A stretch of 63,397 nucleotides of DNA, filler included, from Choristocarpus tenellus KU-1152 (taxonomy: Eukaryota; Protista; Phaeophyceae), in assembly GCA_964200185.2 (NCBI GenBank). It is 11 parts of 11 records of this genome, joined end to end, with 100 filler letters (N's around TTAATTAATTAA, not from the genome) between each part and the next. Parts side by side here need not be neighbours in the genome. Positions count along the whole stretch, not along the records: positions 60,828 to 63,397 come from CAXNAD020026690.1; 10 more parts are not named here. The stretch is one strand, 5' to 3'. A model generated the notes under the pieces. The model ran no database searches. It saw only the letters and a program-made list of their open reading frames with translations, and was not told the origin of the DNA. Numbering within the stretch: the first letter of the stretch is position 1; each line of letters begins with the position of its first letter. Both the position numbers and the translations under genes were made by a program. Below are positions 62,311-63,397 of this stretch, piece by piece.

Positions 62311-62576
62311 GAGCCAAAGCATCTTAGAGGGGTAGAGCTGCGTCCATTTGGGGTTCAAAATCTAATGTTGCGATTTTGATGTAATTTTTGGTATTGTGTT
62401 TGTTAGGAAGTGTCAATATCCATGTTCTGGACACACCTTTTCATTACGTATACAATTTTCCTACTCCGAAACATTTTGGAGTAGGAAAACGTCATTAAAA
62501 ACCCCACGGGAAGCCAAGCCCCAAATGGACAAACAGGGCAAAACTCGTACCCTCTCTTAATAAGATAGTTTCACTC
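62311..62576. mobile_element. MITE family A copy (266 bp)
   Basis: GAGCCAAAGCATCTTAGAGGGGTAG ... TACCCTCTCTTAATAAGATAGTTTCACTC, flanked by GGCC/TGCC. Confidence 0.8.
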
Positions 62577-63397
62577 TGCCTCTTCCATTGTTTTCTTGTC
62601 CATGCCCCTAGACTTGCCATGACCATGCCTCTCTCTCTCTCTCTCTCTCTCACTCACTCACTCACTCACTCTCACTCTCTCACCTCCATTGCTGCCCCAG
62701 CAAGTTTTCTCTTGCAGGGCTCTCCCTGAGGGTCCCCTGATGATTCCTTCCCCAAGGACACCTCGGTGGTGGGGCCCATGCACGCCCCTACCAGTGCCTG
62801 CACCAGCAGGAGGCTTCGGACACTTGATCGGAACTTGTTCCTTGCATTGAACAAGGAGAGCGCACCCTGATACGGAGGCGGTGCCGAGGAAGAAGTTTGC
62901 TGGTGGTGAGGTTGTCGTTGCTCTGGATCTGTTCCAGCTCATTACTTTTCCTTCATAGTATCGTTGGTGCTCTTTTCAACCGTGAGCTGAATCTTAGATA
63001 TTTTCTTTTTTTCTACAAAAAAAATAATAATGCCAATTATTTCTTGTAGTTGCCGTCGTTTTCATTCAAAGTTACCAACCAAAGAGGTTAAATGTGCCGT
63101 GGTTTCACTCGAAGTTAATATCCCCCGAGTTTTGTTGAGTTGTTGCAAAAAAGGGTACATCTTTAACAAAGAACACAAACACGATTGACCTTTTTCCGCT
63201 CCAGAAGTCCTTTCTTCCAGAGGTCACAACCTGTCTTCATGCTTTTGAACGCACTACATCTCTTCTTGAAGTACCCTAACCCTAAGGACTTTCCTGTTAG
63301 AAACACAGACTCCACTCAAGAGGAGACTACACCTGTAAGTATGTAATATTCCAGAGTATATTGCAACCTAAATGATGACTCAAAGTATCTGGGGGGG

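Noticed and set aside
62658-62942. Minus-strand exon ending ATGGAG|GTGAGA before a (GA)n tract
   Set aside because: The donor is plausible, but I found no reliable acceptor, no partner exons and no recognisable protein.

Overview
Eukaryotic nuclear DNA, most likely from a photosynthetic stramenopile, probably a brown alga. The grounds are GT-AG introns of 0.1-1.6 kb, two proteins with bipartite signal+Phe plastid-targeting leaders, and TTAGGG-type repeats. The window is not one locus: it is 11 contigs joined by ten artificial 100-nt linkers (N44-TTAATTAATTAA-N44), so adjacency across linkers means nothing. Spliced gene models reconstructed by hand: a NOL11/Utp8-like gene (-) head-to-head with a PH-domain + gelsolin-repeat gene (+); the 3' part of an NRAMP transporter (+) convergent with a complete, probably plastid-targeted Rid1-like (YjgF/UK114) gene (-); the 3' part of an ankyrin-repeat gene (+); and the first three exons of a plastid ketol-acid reductoisomerase (-). 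Much of the rest is decayed mobile DNA: two CRE-like RLE non-LTR retrotransposons, a DD40D mariner, a Tc1/IS630-like remnant, possible PIF/Harbinger, Sola-like and hAT remnants, two copies of a solo LTR, and two related MITE families sharing an AAAGTATCT terminal core. The most interesting signals are G-rich 5' versus C-rich 3' intron ends (including TTAGGG/CCCTAA units), the PH-gelsolin fusion, the spliced Rid1-type enzyme and the MITE system. I cannot demonstrate a wholly new biological system from this sequence alone.
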